DNA of 64,000 nucleotides from Oscillospiraceae bacterium (GTDB lineage: Bacteria > Bacillota > Clostridia > Oscillospirales > Oscillospiraceae). The notes beneath the pieces are model-generated. The model searched no databases. It was not told the origin of the DNA and worked only from the letters and a program-made list of their open reading frames with translations. The stretch spans positions 15,186 to 79,185 of the forward strand of contig WQXS01000008.1 of the NCBI GenBank assembly GCA_009784725.1. The letters run 5' to 3'. A program made the translations under genes and the position numbers. This document shows positions 1-8,638 of the stretch, piece by piece; positions within the stretch are counted from its first letter, which is position 1, and the number at the start of each line of letters is the position of its first letter.

Positions 1-953
1 TAGGCGGCGTCCATCATTTCGGTCAGGGTTACTGCGTCGTCCATGCCGAAGATAATTTCTTTACCGTACAGTACGCCTTCAACAAATTGAATGATCGGGC
101 TTGGCAGAGGTGCAGGCAGGTTGCCGGGGTTTATCCAGCCGCTGTACTCCCCTGTTTTATCGTTAAGTTTTGATGAAATTAATTTTACTTCTTCACCTGA
201 AATAATAAGTGACCCGTCGGTTCCGTAAAGCTCAAGCATAAACGGGCAAAAACCGGTGACAAACCCGGTCTCGGATACTGCAACCGCTCCGTTTTCGTAT
301 TTCATCACCGTTACGGCATTATCCTCTACTGCATGACCTGTAACATGTGTAAACGCTGACGCAACTTCAGCGGGTTTTCCCATTATCCAAGGAATCAGAT
401 ACATCGGGTGAGCACCAAGGTCAATCATTGCACCGCCGTCGCACTGGGCTTCATCATAAAAATGCGGAGGAAGCCAGCCTGCAGATGCTCCGTTATGGGC
501 ATTTCTGACACGCATGTAGTTTACATCCCCGAGCAGTCCTTCATCCATTACCTTCTTTGCGAATAAATTATGCGAAAAGGTGCGGTGCGGGAATGAAATG
601 CAAAACTTAACACCGCTTTCTTCAACAGCTTTGCGAATCTGTGTTGCTTCGTCATTGGTGAGCGCAAGAACCTTTTCGGTGAAAATGTGCTTGCCTGCTT
701 TTGCGCATTTTTGTATTACCTCCGGGTGTTTATTTGTCGGTGTATTTATACAGACTGCATCAACATCATCACGGCAGAGAAGCTTATCCAAATCAGGCTC
801 GAAGTCCATATTGAACTGTTTTGCAAACTCTTTACCTTTTTCCGGTTCTTCATCCCAAACCACTGTCAATTGTACATCATCTCTGCTTTTAAATTCATGT
901 GCATACCCTTCGGCATGAACATGCCAGCGGCTCAACATTGCAACTTTCAGCAT
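1..953 (-). CDS. Gfo/Idh/MocA family NAD(P)-dependent oxidoreductase (3' end runs off the window)
   Basis: Own translation of the minus strand from ATG at 951-953: MLKVAMLSRWHVHAEGYAHEFKSRDDVQLTVVWDEEPEKGKEFAKQF... I checked every in-frame triplet down to position 3 and found no stop. It is missing from the ORF track because it is open-ended at the window edge. Confidence 0.8.
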   Translation of the reverse strand, partial: MLKVAMLSRWHVHAEGYAHEFKSRDDVQLTVVWDEEPEKGKEFAKQFNMDFEPDLDKLLCRDDVDAVCINTPTNKHPEVIQKCAKAGKHIFTEKVLALTNDEATQIRKAVEESGVKFCISFPHRTFSHNLFAKKVMDEGLLGDVNYMRVRNAHNGASAGWLPPHFYDEAQCDGGAMIDLGAHPMYLIPWIMGKPAEVASAFTHVTGHAVEDNAVTVMKYENGAVAVSETGFVTGFCPFMLELYGTDGSLIISGEEVKLISSKLNDKTGEYSGWINPGNLPAPLPSPIIQFVEGVLYGKEIIFGMDDAVTLTEMMDAA

Positions 954-1089
954 AAAATTCCATCCTCCGTCAGTTTTAAATATAAAATAGGTTTTATCTT
1001 CTTGCACCTTGGGTAAATATATCATATACTACACAAAATACAATATTAATACAAGCTGATATTGCAGAACGAAAGGAACGAACTTTATT

Positions 1090-2172
1090 ATGCCAAAATT
1101 AAGAATCGGAATCATCGGAACAGGCGGTATCGCCAATCTTCATCTTAAAAGCTATCATGCACTTGAAAATGTCGAAGTCGTTGCAGGCTGTGACATTGTA
1201 CCGGGTAAAGCAAAGGCTTTTTTCAAAACAAATAAATGTCCCGACGCCAAGGGTTTCGACTCCAAGGAGGAAATGTTCAAGGCTGTGAAGCTCGATGCAG
1301 TCAGTGTCTGTACATATAACTCAACACATGCCGAATGTACAGTTGCTGCTTTGGAACAGGGTTTGCCCGTTCTTTTGGAAAAACCGATGTGCGTAACAAT
1401 GGATGAAGCTCGTGCTATCACGGCAGCCGAGAAAAAATCCGGGAAGTTTGTAACTGTCGGCTTTCAACCGCGCTATGACCCGAATATGCAGCTTCTTAAG
1501 AAAATTGTTTCATCGGGTGATTTGGGTAAAATTTATTATGTCCAAACAGGCGGCGGACGCTGGCGCGGGATGCCGGGCGGTACCTTTGTTGATAAAAAAC
1601 TGGCAGGAGTCGGGGTGCTTGCCGATATCGGATGTTACTCTCTTGATATGGTTCTGTATGCACTCGGTTATCCGAAACCGCTTACTGTTTCTGCAATGAC
1701 AGCGGACTATTTGGGCAAGAGTAAAAAATATAATCCGGATTTCTATAAAACATTCTCGGTTGATGATTTTTCATCGGCATTTATCCGTTTGGAAGGCGGA
1801 TTAACCATAGATTTCCGCACAAGCTGGGCTATGCATATGGATACAACGGGTGCGACAATTTTTCTCGGAAGCGAAAAGGGTTTGAAAATATCTCCGACCG
1901 AAGGACTTTGGGGCGGCGCATGGGACGGTTCCTGCAAGGATGTTACCTTATTCCATGATGAGTTCGGTATTCCGACAAGCACAGCTATACCCCTTCAAGA
2001 GTCTCCCGGTTGGGAAGAGAATTTTATAAGTAAATGCGGTGCTTTTGTAAAAGCCGTGAAAACCGGCGGTCCCGCTCCTATTCCAACCGAACAGATTATT
2101 TACAATCAGGCAATCATTGACGGAATCATCCGCTCCTCGGCAAAAGGCTGCGAGGTAAAATGTGATTTGTAA
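1090..2172 (+). CDS. Gfo/Idh/MocA family oxidoreductase
   Basis: 360 aa. N-terminal Rossmann motif IGIIGTGGIA and an EKP motif (LLEKPM). Divergent from the paralog at 1-953. Confidence 0.85.
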   Translation: MPKLRIGIIGTGGIANLHLKSYHALENVEVVAGCDIVPGKAKAFFKTNKCPDAKGFDSKEEMFKAVKLDAVSVCTYNSTHAECTVAALEQGLPVLLEKPMCVTMDEARAITAAEKKSGKFVTVGFQPRYDPNMQLLKKIVSSGDLGKIYYVQTGGGRWRGMPGGTFVDKKLAGVGVLADIGCYSLDMVLYALGYPKPLTVSAMTADYLGKSKKYNPDFYKTFSVDDFSSAFIRLEGGLTIDFRTSWAMHMDTTGATIFLGSEKGLKISPTEGLWGGAWDGSCKDVTLFHDEFGIPTSTAIPLQESPGWEENFISKCGAFVKAVKTGGPAPIPTEQIIYNQAIIDGIIRSSAKGCEVKCDL

Positions 2173-2245
2173 GTTGAGATTTACAATTGCATTATTCCAT
2201 AAGAATTGATATCATGTTCTAGCTGAAAGTATTGGAGGTACAACA

Positions 2246-3520
2246 TTGAACATTTATATAAAAGACATACTTACAGTTCTGCCGGGTGAAGTGATAACCT
2301 GTTCTGTATACATCGGTGACGGTGTAATCAAGTCTGTTGGTACTAAACCCGAAGGTTTTACTGCGGATAAGACCATACATGGCTCGGGCAAAATGCTTAT
2401 CCCCGGTCTTATTAATGCACATACTCATGCCCCAATGACAATTCTTCGCAACTGTGCGGATGATTTGCTTTTTAATGATTGGCTGTTTGGAAAAATCATG
2501 CCTTTAGAGGAAAAATTCACAGGTGAGGACATCTACTGGGGGACAATGCTCGCAGCTATTGAAATGATTTCCACAGGTACAACATCATTTATAGATATGT
2601 ATGATTTTATGGATGATATGGCTCGCGCAGTGGATGAAACAGGCATTAGAGCGGTTCTTTCGCGCGGCTTACTTGATGTTGGCGGACCGGCTGACGGTGA
2701 AAAACGCTTAAAAGTAGCACTTGATGCTATAGAACGTCATAAAGGACATGAGAGAATAAGCTTTATGTTTGCCCCGCACGCTCCATATACATGCAGCGAG
2801 GATTTTCAACGCACTGTAGCGCAAGAAGCCAAGCGTTTGGATTTACCAATTCATACTCATATTTCAGAGGGGCTTGTAGAAAAAGAAAATATTTCCAAAG
2901 AGTACGACTGCACATCAATTGAGCTGATGGATAAAAACGGTTTGATTCACGACAAAACCGTTGCCGCTCACTGCGTACATTTGAGCGACAGCGATATTAA
3001 TACAATGGCTAAAAAGGGTGTTACGGTTGTGACAAATCCCGTAAGTAATCTCAAGCTTGCCAATGGTATAGCACCTGTTCCAAAGTTGCTCAAAGCGGGA
3101 GTTAATGTCGCTTTGGGAACAGACGGAGCGGCAAGTAATAACACACTCAATATGTTCAGAGAGTTAGCGGTTTTGTCAATAGTTCATAAGGGTATTAATC
3201 ATGATGCTCTTGCAGTTACTGCCGAGGAAGGCTTCAAAATCGCCACAAAAGGTGGTGCCGCTGCAATGGGACGCAGTGATATAGGAGAAATTAAGCCCGG
3301 TAATATTGCAGACCTTGCGATACTCGACCTCAATTGCCCGAATATGCAGCCTGTCAATAACCCGATGTCCTCACTTGCATACTCAACATACGGGTCCGAG
3401 GTTGAAACCGTTATGGTCGGCGGGAAAATACTCATGGAAAACAGAGAGTTTCTGACAATTGACGCAGACCGTGTCTATCATGAGGTTTCAAAAATCTGTG
3501 ACAGAATCGGAACACGCTAA
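2246..3520 (+). CDS. mtaD: Amidohydrolase, 5'-methylthioadenosine/S-adenosylhomocysteine deaminase-like (MtaD family)
   Basis: 424 aa. Metal-binding HxH (LINAHTHAPM) and overall MtaD/Tm0936-like layout. TTG start preceded by GGAGG. Confidence 0.8.
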   Translation: MNIYIKDILTVLPGEVITCSVYIGDGVIKSVGTKPEGFTADKTIHGSGKMLIPGLINAHTHAPMTILRNCADDLLFNDWLFGKIMPLEEKFTGEDIYWGTMLAAIEMISTGTTSFIDMYDFMDDMARAVDETGIRAVLSRGLLDVGGPADGEKRLKVALDAIERHKGHERISFMFAPHAPYTCSEDFQRTVAQEAKRLDLPIHTHISEGLVEKENISKEYDCTSIELMDKNGLIHDKTVAAHCVHLSDSDINTMAKKGVTVVTNPVSNLKLANGIAPVPKLLKAGVNVALGTDGAASNNTLNMFRELAVLSIVHKGINHDALAVTAEEGFKIATKGGAAAMGRSDIGEIKPGNIADLAILDLNCPNMQPVNNPMSSLAYSTYGSEVETVMVGGKILMENREFLTIDADRVYHEVSKICDRIGTR

Positions 3521-3583
3521 AACCACGATGTTCTTTTGAATATTTAAAATACTATGTAATCAATCGAAAGGAATTATGTTCAT

Positions 3584-4945
3584 ATGAAAGTAAATTCAAA
3601 ATCGGCAAACAAAAACCTGGGTTTCGCTACGCAGAGCGCAGAAGAGGCTCAATCAGGCAAAGGAACCGTAATTCACGAAAGTGAAGTGCGTGATGTTTCT
3701 CTTGCACCTTCGGGTGAGAGAAAAATCGCATGGGCATGGCGTAATATGCCGCTTTTGCATTCAATTAAAGAGGACTTTAAGAAAACCAAGCCTTTTAAAG
3801 GCATGAATATTACACTGTCAATACATATGGAGGCAAAAACAGCATGTCTTTGCCGCACTCTTGCTGCAGGCGGAGCAACAATGTATGCTGCAGGCTGTAA
3901 TCCTCTTTCAACTCAGGACGATGTTGCCGCAGCACTTTCAGTGGGCTGCAAGGAAGATCCGGCAATGAAGGTCTTTGCATGGCACGGCTCTACACCCGAG
4001 GAATATGACCGCCATCTTACAAAGGCTCTTGAATCGGGTCCGAATATTATCATCGACGACGGCGGCGACCTTATTAATATAATGCATACCAAACTTAAGC
4101 ACCTAATCCCCAATGTTTATGGCGGTTGTGAAGAAACCACAACAGGAATTATGCGCCTTTTCTCCATGGCGGCAGATAAAACGCTTAAATTCCCGATGGT
4201 TGCAGTTAATAACGCACAATGTAAATATCTGTTTGACAACAGATACGGAACGGGTCAGTCTGTATGGGACGGAATTAACCGTACGACAAACCTTGTTGTT
4301 GCGGGTAAAAACGTTGTTGTCGCAGGCTATGGCTGGTGCGGCAAGGGTATCGCAATGCGTGCAAAGGGTTACGGCGCCAGAGTTATCGTTACCGAAATCG
4401 ACCCTGTTAAGGCACTCGAAGCTTTAATGGACGGCTTTGATGTAATGCCTATGGATGATGCGGTCGAGGTCGGCGATTTGTTTATTACCGTAACAGGCTG
4501 CATGGGTGTAATTACCAATAAACATTTTGACAAAATGAAAGACGGTGCAATAATGTGCAACGCCGGGCATTTTAATGTTGAGGTTGATGTCGAGTGGCTC
4601 GATAATAATACCGAAAGTGCCGAGCATAAACCGAATATTATGGGTTATACACTTAAAAACGGCAAAAAAGTCTTTGTTCTCGCCGAGGGCCGCCTTGTGA
4701 ATCTTGCTTCCGGTGACGGCCATCCGGTTGAAATCATGGATATGAGCTTTGCAATTCAGGCTCTCTCCGCCGAGTATGTGGCGGAAAACCACAAGAAACT
4801 CGAGCCGGGCGTAATTGCTGTACCGAAAGAAATCGATCAGGATGTTGCATTCAAAAAACTTGCCGCCTGTGACCTTTCCATCGACGAACTCACCCCCGAC
4901 CAGGCAAAATACCTCCTCAGCTGGGACATCGACGTCGACGCATAA
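3584..4945 (+). CDS. ahcY: Adenosylhomocysteinase family protein (short archaeal/Thermotoga-type)
   Basis: 453 aa. NAD-binding GYGWCGKG and typical AhcY core (CNPLSTQDD, EETTTG). About 30 aa of non-conserved N-terminal extension, so the start is uncertain. Confidence 0.9.
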   Translation: MKVNSKSANKNLGFATQSAEEAQSGKGTVIHESEVRDVSLAPSGERKIAWAWRNMPLLHSIKEDFKKTKPFKGMNITLSIHMEAKTACLCRTLAAGGATMYAAGCNPLSTQDDVAAALSVGCKEDPAMKVFAWHGSTPEEYDRHLTKALESGPNIIIDDGGDLINIMHTKLKHLIPNVYGGCEETTTGIMRLFSMAADKTLKFPMVAVNNAQCKYLFDNRYGTGQSVWDGINRTTNLVVAGKNVVVAGYGWCGKGIAMRAKGYGARVIVTEIDPVKALEALMDGFDVMPMDDAVEVGDLFITVTGCMGVITNKHFDKMKDGAIMCNAGHFNVEVDVEWLDNNTESAEHKPNIMGYTLKNGKKVFVLAEGRLVNLASGDGHPVEIMDMSFAIQALSAEYVAENHKKLEPGVIAVPKEIDQDVAFKKLAACDLSIDELTPDQAKYLLSWDIDVDA

Positions 4946-4948
4946 GGA
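4883..4948. repeat. 66-bp direct repeat, left copy (native ahcY 3' end including stop codon)
   Basis: Base-for-base identical to 6649-6714 (GACGAACTCACCCCCGACCAGGCAAAATACCTCCTCAGCTGGGACATCGACGTCGACGCATAAGGA). Confidence 0.95.
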
Positions 4949-4957
4949 CTATTATAA

Positions 4958-4983
4958 AAAAGGTTGATAGTTTCTCAACCTTT
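4958..4983 (+). terminator. Hairpin after ahcY (weak intrinsic terminator)
   Basis: AAAGGTTGA-tagtttc-TCAACCTTT. The T tract is short. Confidence 0.4.
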
Positions 4984-5137
4984 CAGACTGAAGACAAACA
5001 CCCTTTTGGCTATACCATTCGGGGTGTTTCTTCGTGCAAAATTAAAAATCCATGATATTTTGAAACGAAATACCAAAAATACTTAAAAATATGTCTATTT
5101 TACTTGACTGCTACAATGCTGCTATCTTCGACTGATA

Positions 5138-5195
5138 TTTTAGCGGATGTAATCCTCTTTTTTTAGCGGATGTAATCCTTGTATTTTAGCGGGTG
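5138..5195 (+). repeat. Three direct repeats TTTTAGCGG(A/G)TG phased at exactly 23 bp (iteron/operator-like)
   Basis: TTTTAGCGGATGTAATCCT at 5138 and 5161, and TTTTAGCGGGTG at 5184. They lie 40-95 nt upstream of the ATPase start codon. Confidence 0.8.
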
Positions 5196-5233
5196 GTGTG
5201 ATATTCTGTGTAGTAACAGGGAGGGATTAGTAT

Positions 5234-6484
5234 ATGGATTATCATAAAAGATTTGCTGATACTATTCTTTCAGAACGGTTAAATAGTTCCGGTGCTGTTC
5301 TAATTGAAGGTGCAAAGGGTTGCGGAAAAACAGAAACCGCAGTGCAGCAATCTGCAAATATTGTCAGATTTGATATAGATGAACAAGCTCGATTAAAAAT
5401 GGAAATTGACCCAAAAACAATCCTTACAGGAAAGACTCCATTGTTACTTGATGAGTGGCAGGAGTTCCCAAGGATATGGAATTACATTCGAAGAGAGGTT
5501 GATGAACGTAAGCAAAAGGGTCAATTCATTCTCACGGGTTCTGCTGCTCCCGATGATGATATTAATCGGCATTCCGGAATGGGAAGATTCTCTGTAATGA
5601 GAATGCGACCAATGTCATTATATGAAAAAGGCTGGTCAACCGGAGAAGTAAGCTTATTTAATCTTATAAAAGGAAACACTCCTCACTCTAACGATGTCAC
5701 CTTTGAACTTGGTGAGTTAACTGAAAAAATAATTTTAGGCGGGTGGCCCGGTTTAATTGGTGAGAGTTATTCCGAAGGATTCCGATTTTCAAATGATTAC
5801 ATGACTCTTTTAGCAGAAGCCGATATAAGCAAGGTGTCAAACAAACGTCGCGACCCATATAGAGTCACTCGCTTATTACAATCTCTTGCACGAAATGTAT
5901 CAACAGAAGTTTCATTAACTGCTCTATCCAAAGATACAGGTGGTTCTGATAAAAAGTTGGACGATGAAACAGTTGCAGAATATCTTTCCGCACTTGAACG
6001 ATTAATGGCGACCGATAATCTTCCGGCATGGAATACACATATCCGCTCTTCAGATATGCTTCGAAAAATGCCAAAAAGACACTTTACAGATCCGTCAATG
6101 GCTGTCGGAGTTCTTGGATTGTCTATCGATAATCTTTTAAATAATTTGAATTACCTTGGATTACTATTTGAATCTCTTGCTGTTCGCGATTTGAGAATAT
6201 ATGCAGATAAAAACGGTGGAAAGCTTTATCATTATCGCGACTCACAAGGCTTGGAAATTGATGCTGTTGTAGAATACGCAAATGGTGTCTGGGGTGCCTT
6301 CGAAGTTAAACTGGGAATAGGTGCGGTTGATGCCGCTGCAGCTAATCTTTTAAAACTTGTTGCAAAAATTGACACAGAAAAAACCGGCAACCCGTCAGCT
6401 CTAACAGTAATTACCGGTAACGGTTTTGCATATAAACGTCCGGACGGTATAAATGTTGTTCCTCTATCAACCCTTACTGCTTAA
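5234..6484 (+). CDS. AAA+ ATPase with C-terminal DUF4143-type domain (COG1373-like)
   Basis: 416 aa. Walker A GAKGCGKTE and Walker B LLLDEWQ. The C-terminal half resembles the DUF4143 (restriction-endonuclease-like) module. RBS GGGAGGG upstream. Confidence 0.85.
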   Translation: MDYHKRFADTILSERLNSSGAVLIEGAKGCGKTETAVQQSANIVRFDIDEQARLKMEIDPKTILTGKTPLLLDEWQEFPRIWNYIRREVDERKQKGQFILTGSAAPDDDINRHSGMGRFSVMRMRPMSLYEKGWSTGEVSLFNLIKGNTPHSNDVTFELGELTEKIILGGWPGLIGESYSEGFRFSNDYMTLLAEADISKVSNKRRDPYRVTRLLQSLARNVSTEVSLTALSKDTGGSDKKLDDETVAEYLSALERLMATDNLPAWNTHIRSSDMLRKMPKRHFTDPSMAVGVLGLSIDNLLNNLNYLGLLFESLAVRDLRIYADKNGGKLYHYRDSQGLEIDAVVEYANGVWGAFEVKLGIGAVDAAAANLLKLVAKIDTEKTGNPSALTVITGNGFAYKRPDGINVVPLSTLTA

Positions 6485-6648
6485 GGTTTATCAGTAATAC
6501 TAACAGGAGAAATTAGCAAAATAAAGAATTGTTAAAAGTAATCAATTAAAGGAGAAAAACGATGTCTGTAAGATTTGGTTCCGCTTCCCACAATAATAAC
6601 ACAAGGGGACGGTTCTCTTGTGCAATAAAAGAACCGTCTCCTTGTCTT

Positions 6649-6714
6649 GACGAACTCACCCCCGACCAGGCAAAATACCTCCTCAGCTGGGACATCGACG
6701 TCGACGCATAAGGA
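6649..6714. repeat. 66-bp direct repeat, right copy (orphan ahcY tail)
   Basis: Identical to 4883-4948. Confidence 0.95.
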
Positions 6715-6724
6715 ATATAAAAGT

Positions 6725-6765
6725 AAAAAAGTGAAAAACCTCACTCTGAGGTTTTTCACTTTTTT
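6725..6765. terminator. Bidirectional intrinsic terminator
   Basis: AAAAAAGTGAAAAACCTCA-CTC-TGAGGTTTTTCACTTTTTT. Perfect stem flanked by A and T runs. Serves the HAD gene (minus) and, ancestrally, ahcY (plus). Confidence 0.85.
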
Positions 6766-6766
6766 A

Positions 6767-7444
6767 TCATAGATTTTTTAATAATTCTCCCGGGTTTGTG
6801 CAGTAGTAATCGCAAACGGCTTTTACTTCAGCCTGTTCATCGTCGGCGACTTTGTCGTAGACTCCTGCGACGATGAAGCCGGCTTTTTTTGCGGTATTCA
6901 TTGCGTATAGGGCATCTTCAACGACTAAGGTTTCACCCGCTTGTGTCCCGAGGAAATTTGCTGCTTTGAAAAAAATATCGGGGTATTTTTTGCTTGTATT
7001 TTCTTCCGTGCAGGTATAGATACGCTCAAAATAGTTCATCAACCCATGGAGCTCTACTGCGGCATCAACGAGCCATTTATCGGTGGCGGTGGCTATGCAC
7101 ATTTTAACACCTTGTTTTTTCAATGCTTCCAGAAGCGGCAGAACACCCTCTTTAAGCTTTACGTCATTTGAAAAAAACTTAAACATCATGTCATCTCTGC
7201 CTTTTATGACATCGTCAAGAGGTTTGTCAATTCCGTATTCATCAATATAATACTGCGCTTCCTCGGTTGTATTAAATGCCCTAAGTATTTTCATCAATCC
7301 CGGTTTCGGGACCGCTCCGTGGCTTGTTAAATAATCCTCCGCAACATCTCCCCACTTCCACATCGAGTCGAGTAATGTGCCGTCAAGGTCGAATATTGCT
7401 CCCTTAATTTTTTGCATAGTAAAACACACTTTCTTGAAATTCAT
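6767..7444 (-). CDS. HAD family hydrolase (subfamily IA)
   Basis: 225 aa with motif I DLDGTLLDS. The start may instead be the internal Met at 7414 (MQKIKGAIFDLDG). Confidence 0.85.
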   Translation of the reverse strand: MNFKKVCFTMQKIKGAIFDLDGTLLDSMWKWGDVAEDYLTSHGAVPKPGLMKILRAFNTTEEAQYYIDEYGIDKPLDDVIKGRDDMMFKFFSNDVKLKEGVLPLLEALKKQGVKMCIATATDKWLVDAAVELHGLMNYFERIYTCTEENTSKKYPDIFFKAANFLGTQAGETLVVEDALYAMNTAKKAGFIVAGVYDKVADDEQAEVKAVCDYYCTNPGELLKNL

Positions 7445-7493
7445 ATAAAATTACTGTAGTATTCTATCACATATTTGAGGGTGGGTATATATA

Positions 7494-8630
7494 ATGCTGT
7501 ATGATAAATTAAAAGAGTATAACAAGTCCGGTATTTATCCGATGCATATGCCGGGGCATAAACGAAACGGCGAGTTTATGCCTGCAGGCTTACCTTATGA
7601 TATTGATATTACGGAGATACAGGGGTTTGATGATTTGCATAATCAGCAAGGGGTCTTACTCGAAGCTTCAAAGCTTGCAGCTGAACTGTACGGCAGCCGT
7701 GAAGCTTTTTTACTCGTTAACGGTACAACGGTTGGAATACTTGCGGCAATCGGAGCACATACAAAACAGGGAGACAAGATACTCGCTGTCAGTAATTGTC
7801 ACTGGTCTACCACGAATGCGGCGAAGCTGTTCGGCTTGGAGATTGTAATGCTCGATTGCACTGTTGACAGTAAAACAGGTGTCCCCTGCAGTGTTTCTCC
7901 CCCGGCAATTGAAGCGGCACTGGACAAAAATCCGGATATAAAAATGGTTGTCATCACTTCACCCACTTATGAGGGTGTTGTTTGTGATATTGAATCAATA
8001 GCCGGTATTACTCACCATAACGGAGCTATACTCCTAGTTGATGCCGCACACGGAGCGCATTTGGGTTTTTCGGATTTTCTTCCGCAAAGCAGTATCACAG
8101 CAGGTGCGGATATTGTTGTTCTCAGCATTCATAAAACTTTACCGGCACTTACACAATGCTCGTTATTGCATGTATGCAGTCAGCGTATTGACGTAAATGC
8201 AATAAAAGAGATGCTGTATATCCTTCAAACAAGCAGTCCGTCTTATGTTCTAATGGCATCGATTGATTACTGCTTACGGTTAATAAAGTCCGATAGTATC
8301 AAACTCTTTCGGGAATATAAGCAAAATTTGGAACAATTTTACTCCGATGCAAGAAATGTTAAGAATTTGTCATTGCTTTATAGTCTTTACGGTGGAAAAG
8401 AAAATCAAAACCGGGACTTTTACACTTTAGACCCCGGGAAAATAGTAATAATTACAAAAGGCACTGCAATAAACAGTGCCGGGTTGACGGATATTTTACG
8501 AAACAGGTTCAAAATCGAAATTGAACGTGTATACGACGATTACATTATCGCACTGACAAGCATCTGCGACACCAAGGAAGGTTTCAAACGCCTTGCAGCT
8601 GCTCTTTGCGAAATTGATACCGGATTATAA
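7494..8630 (+). CDS. PLP-dependent Orn/Lys/Arg decarboxylase family protein (short form)
   Basis: 378 aa. N-terminal PMHMPGHKRN signature and PLP-lysine context SIHKTLPALTQ. Confidence 0.75.
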   Translation: MLYDKLKEYNKSGIYPMHMPGHKRNGEFMPAGLPYDIDITEIQGFDDLHNQQGVLLEASKLAAELYGSREAFLLVNGTTVGILAAIGAHTKQGDKILAVSNCHWSTTNAAKLFGLEIVMLDCTVDSKTGVPCSVSPPAIEAALDKNPDIKMVVITSPTYEGVVCDIESIAGITHHNGAILLVDAAHGAHLGFSDFLPQSSITAGADIVVLSIHKTLPALTQCSLLHVCSQRIDVNAIKEMLYILQTSSPSYVLMASIDYCLRLIKSDSIKLFREYKQNLEQFYSDARNVKNLSLLYSLYGGKENQNRDFYTLDPGKIVIITKGTAINSAGLTDILRNRFKIEIERVYDDYIIALTSICDTKEGFKRLAAALCEIDTGL

Positions 8631-8638
8631 GAATAGTA

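Larger units (their letters stand above)
4949..6714 (+). mobile_element. Candidate ~1.77-kb inserted cassette (AAA+/DUF4143 ATPase) bounded by the 66-bp direct repeats
   Basis: The ahcY tail is duplicated on both sides. The cassette interior looks more AT-rich by eye. The strong ancestral-looking terminator follows the right repeat only. No recombinase gene is present. Confidence 0.4.
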
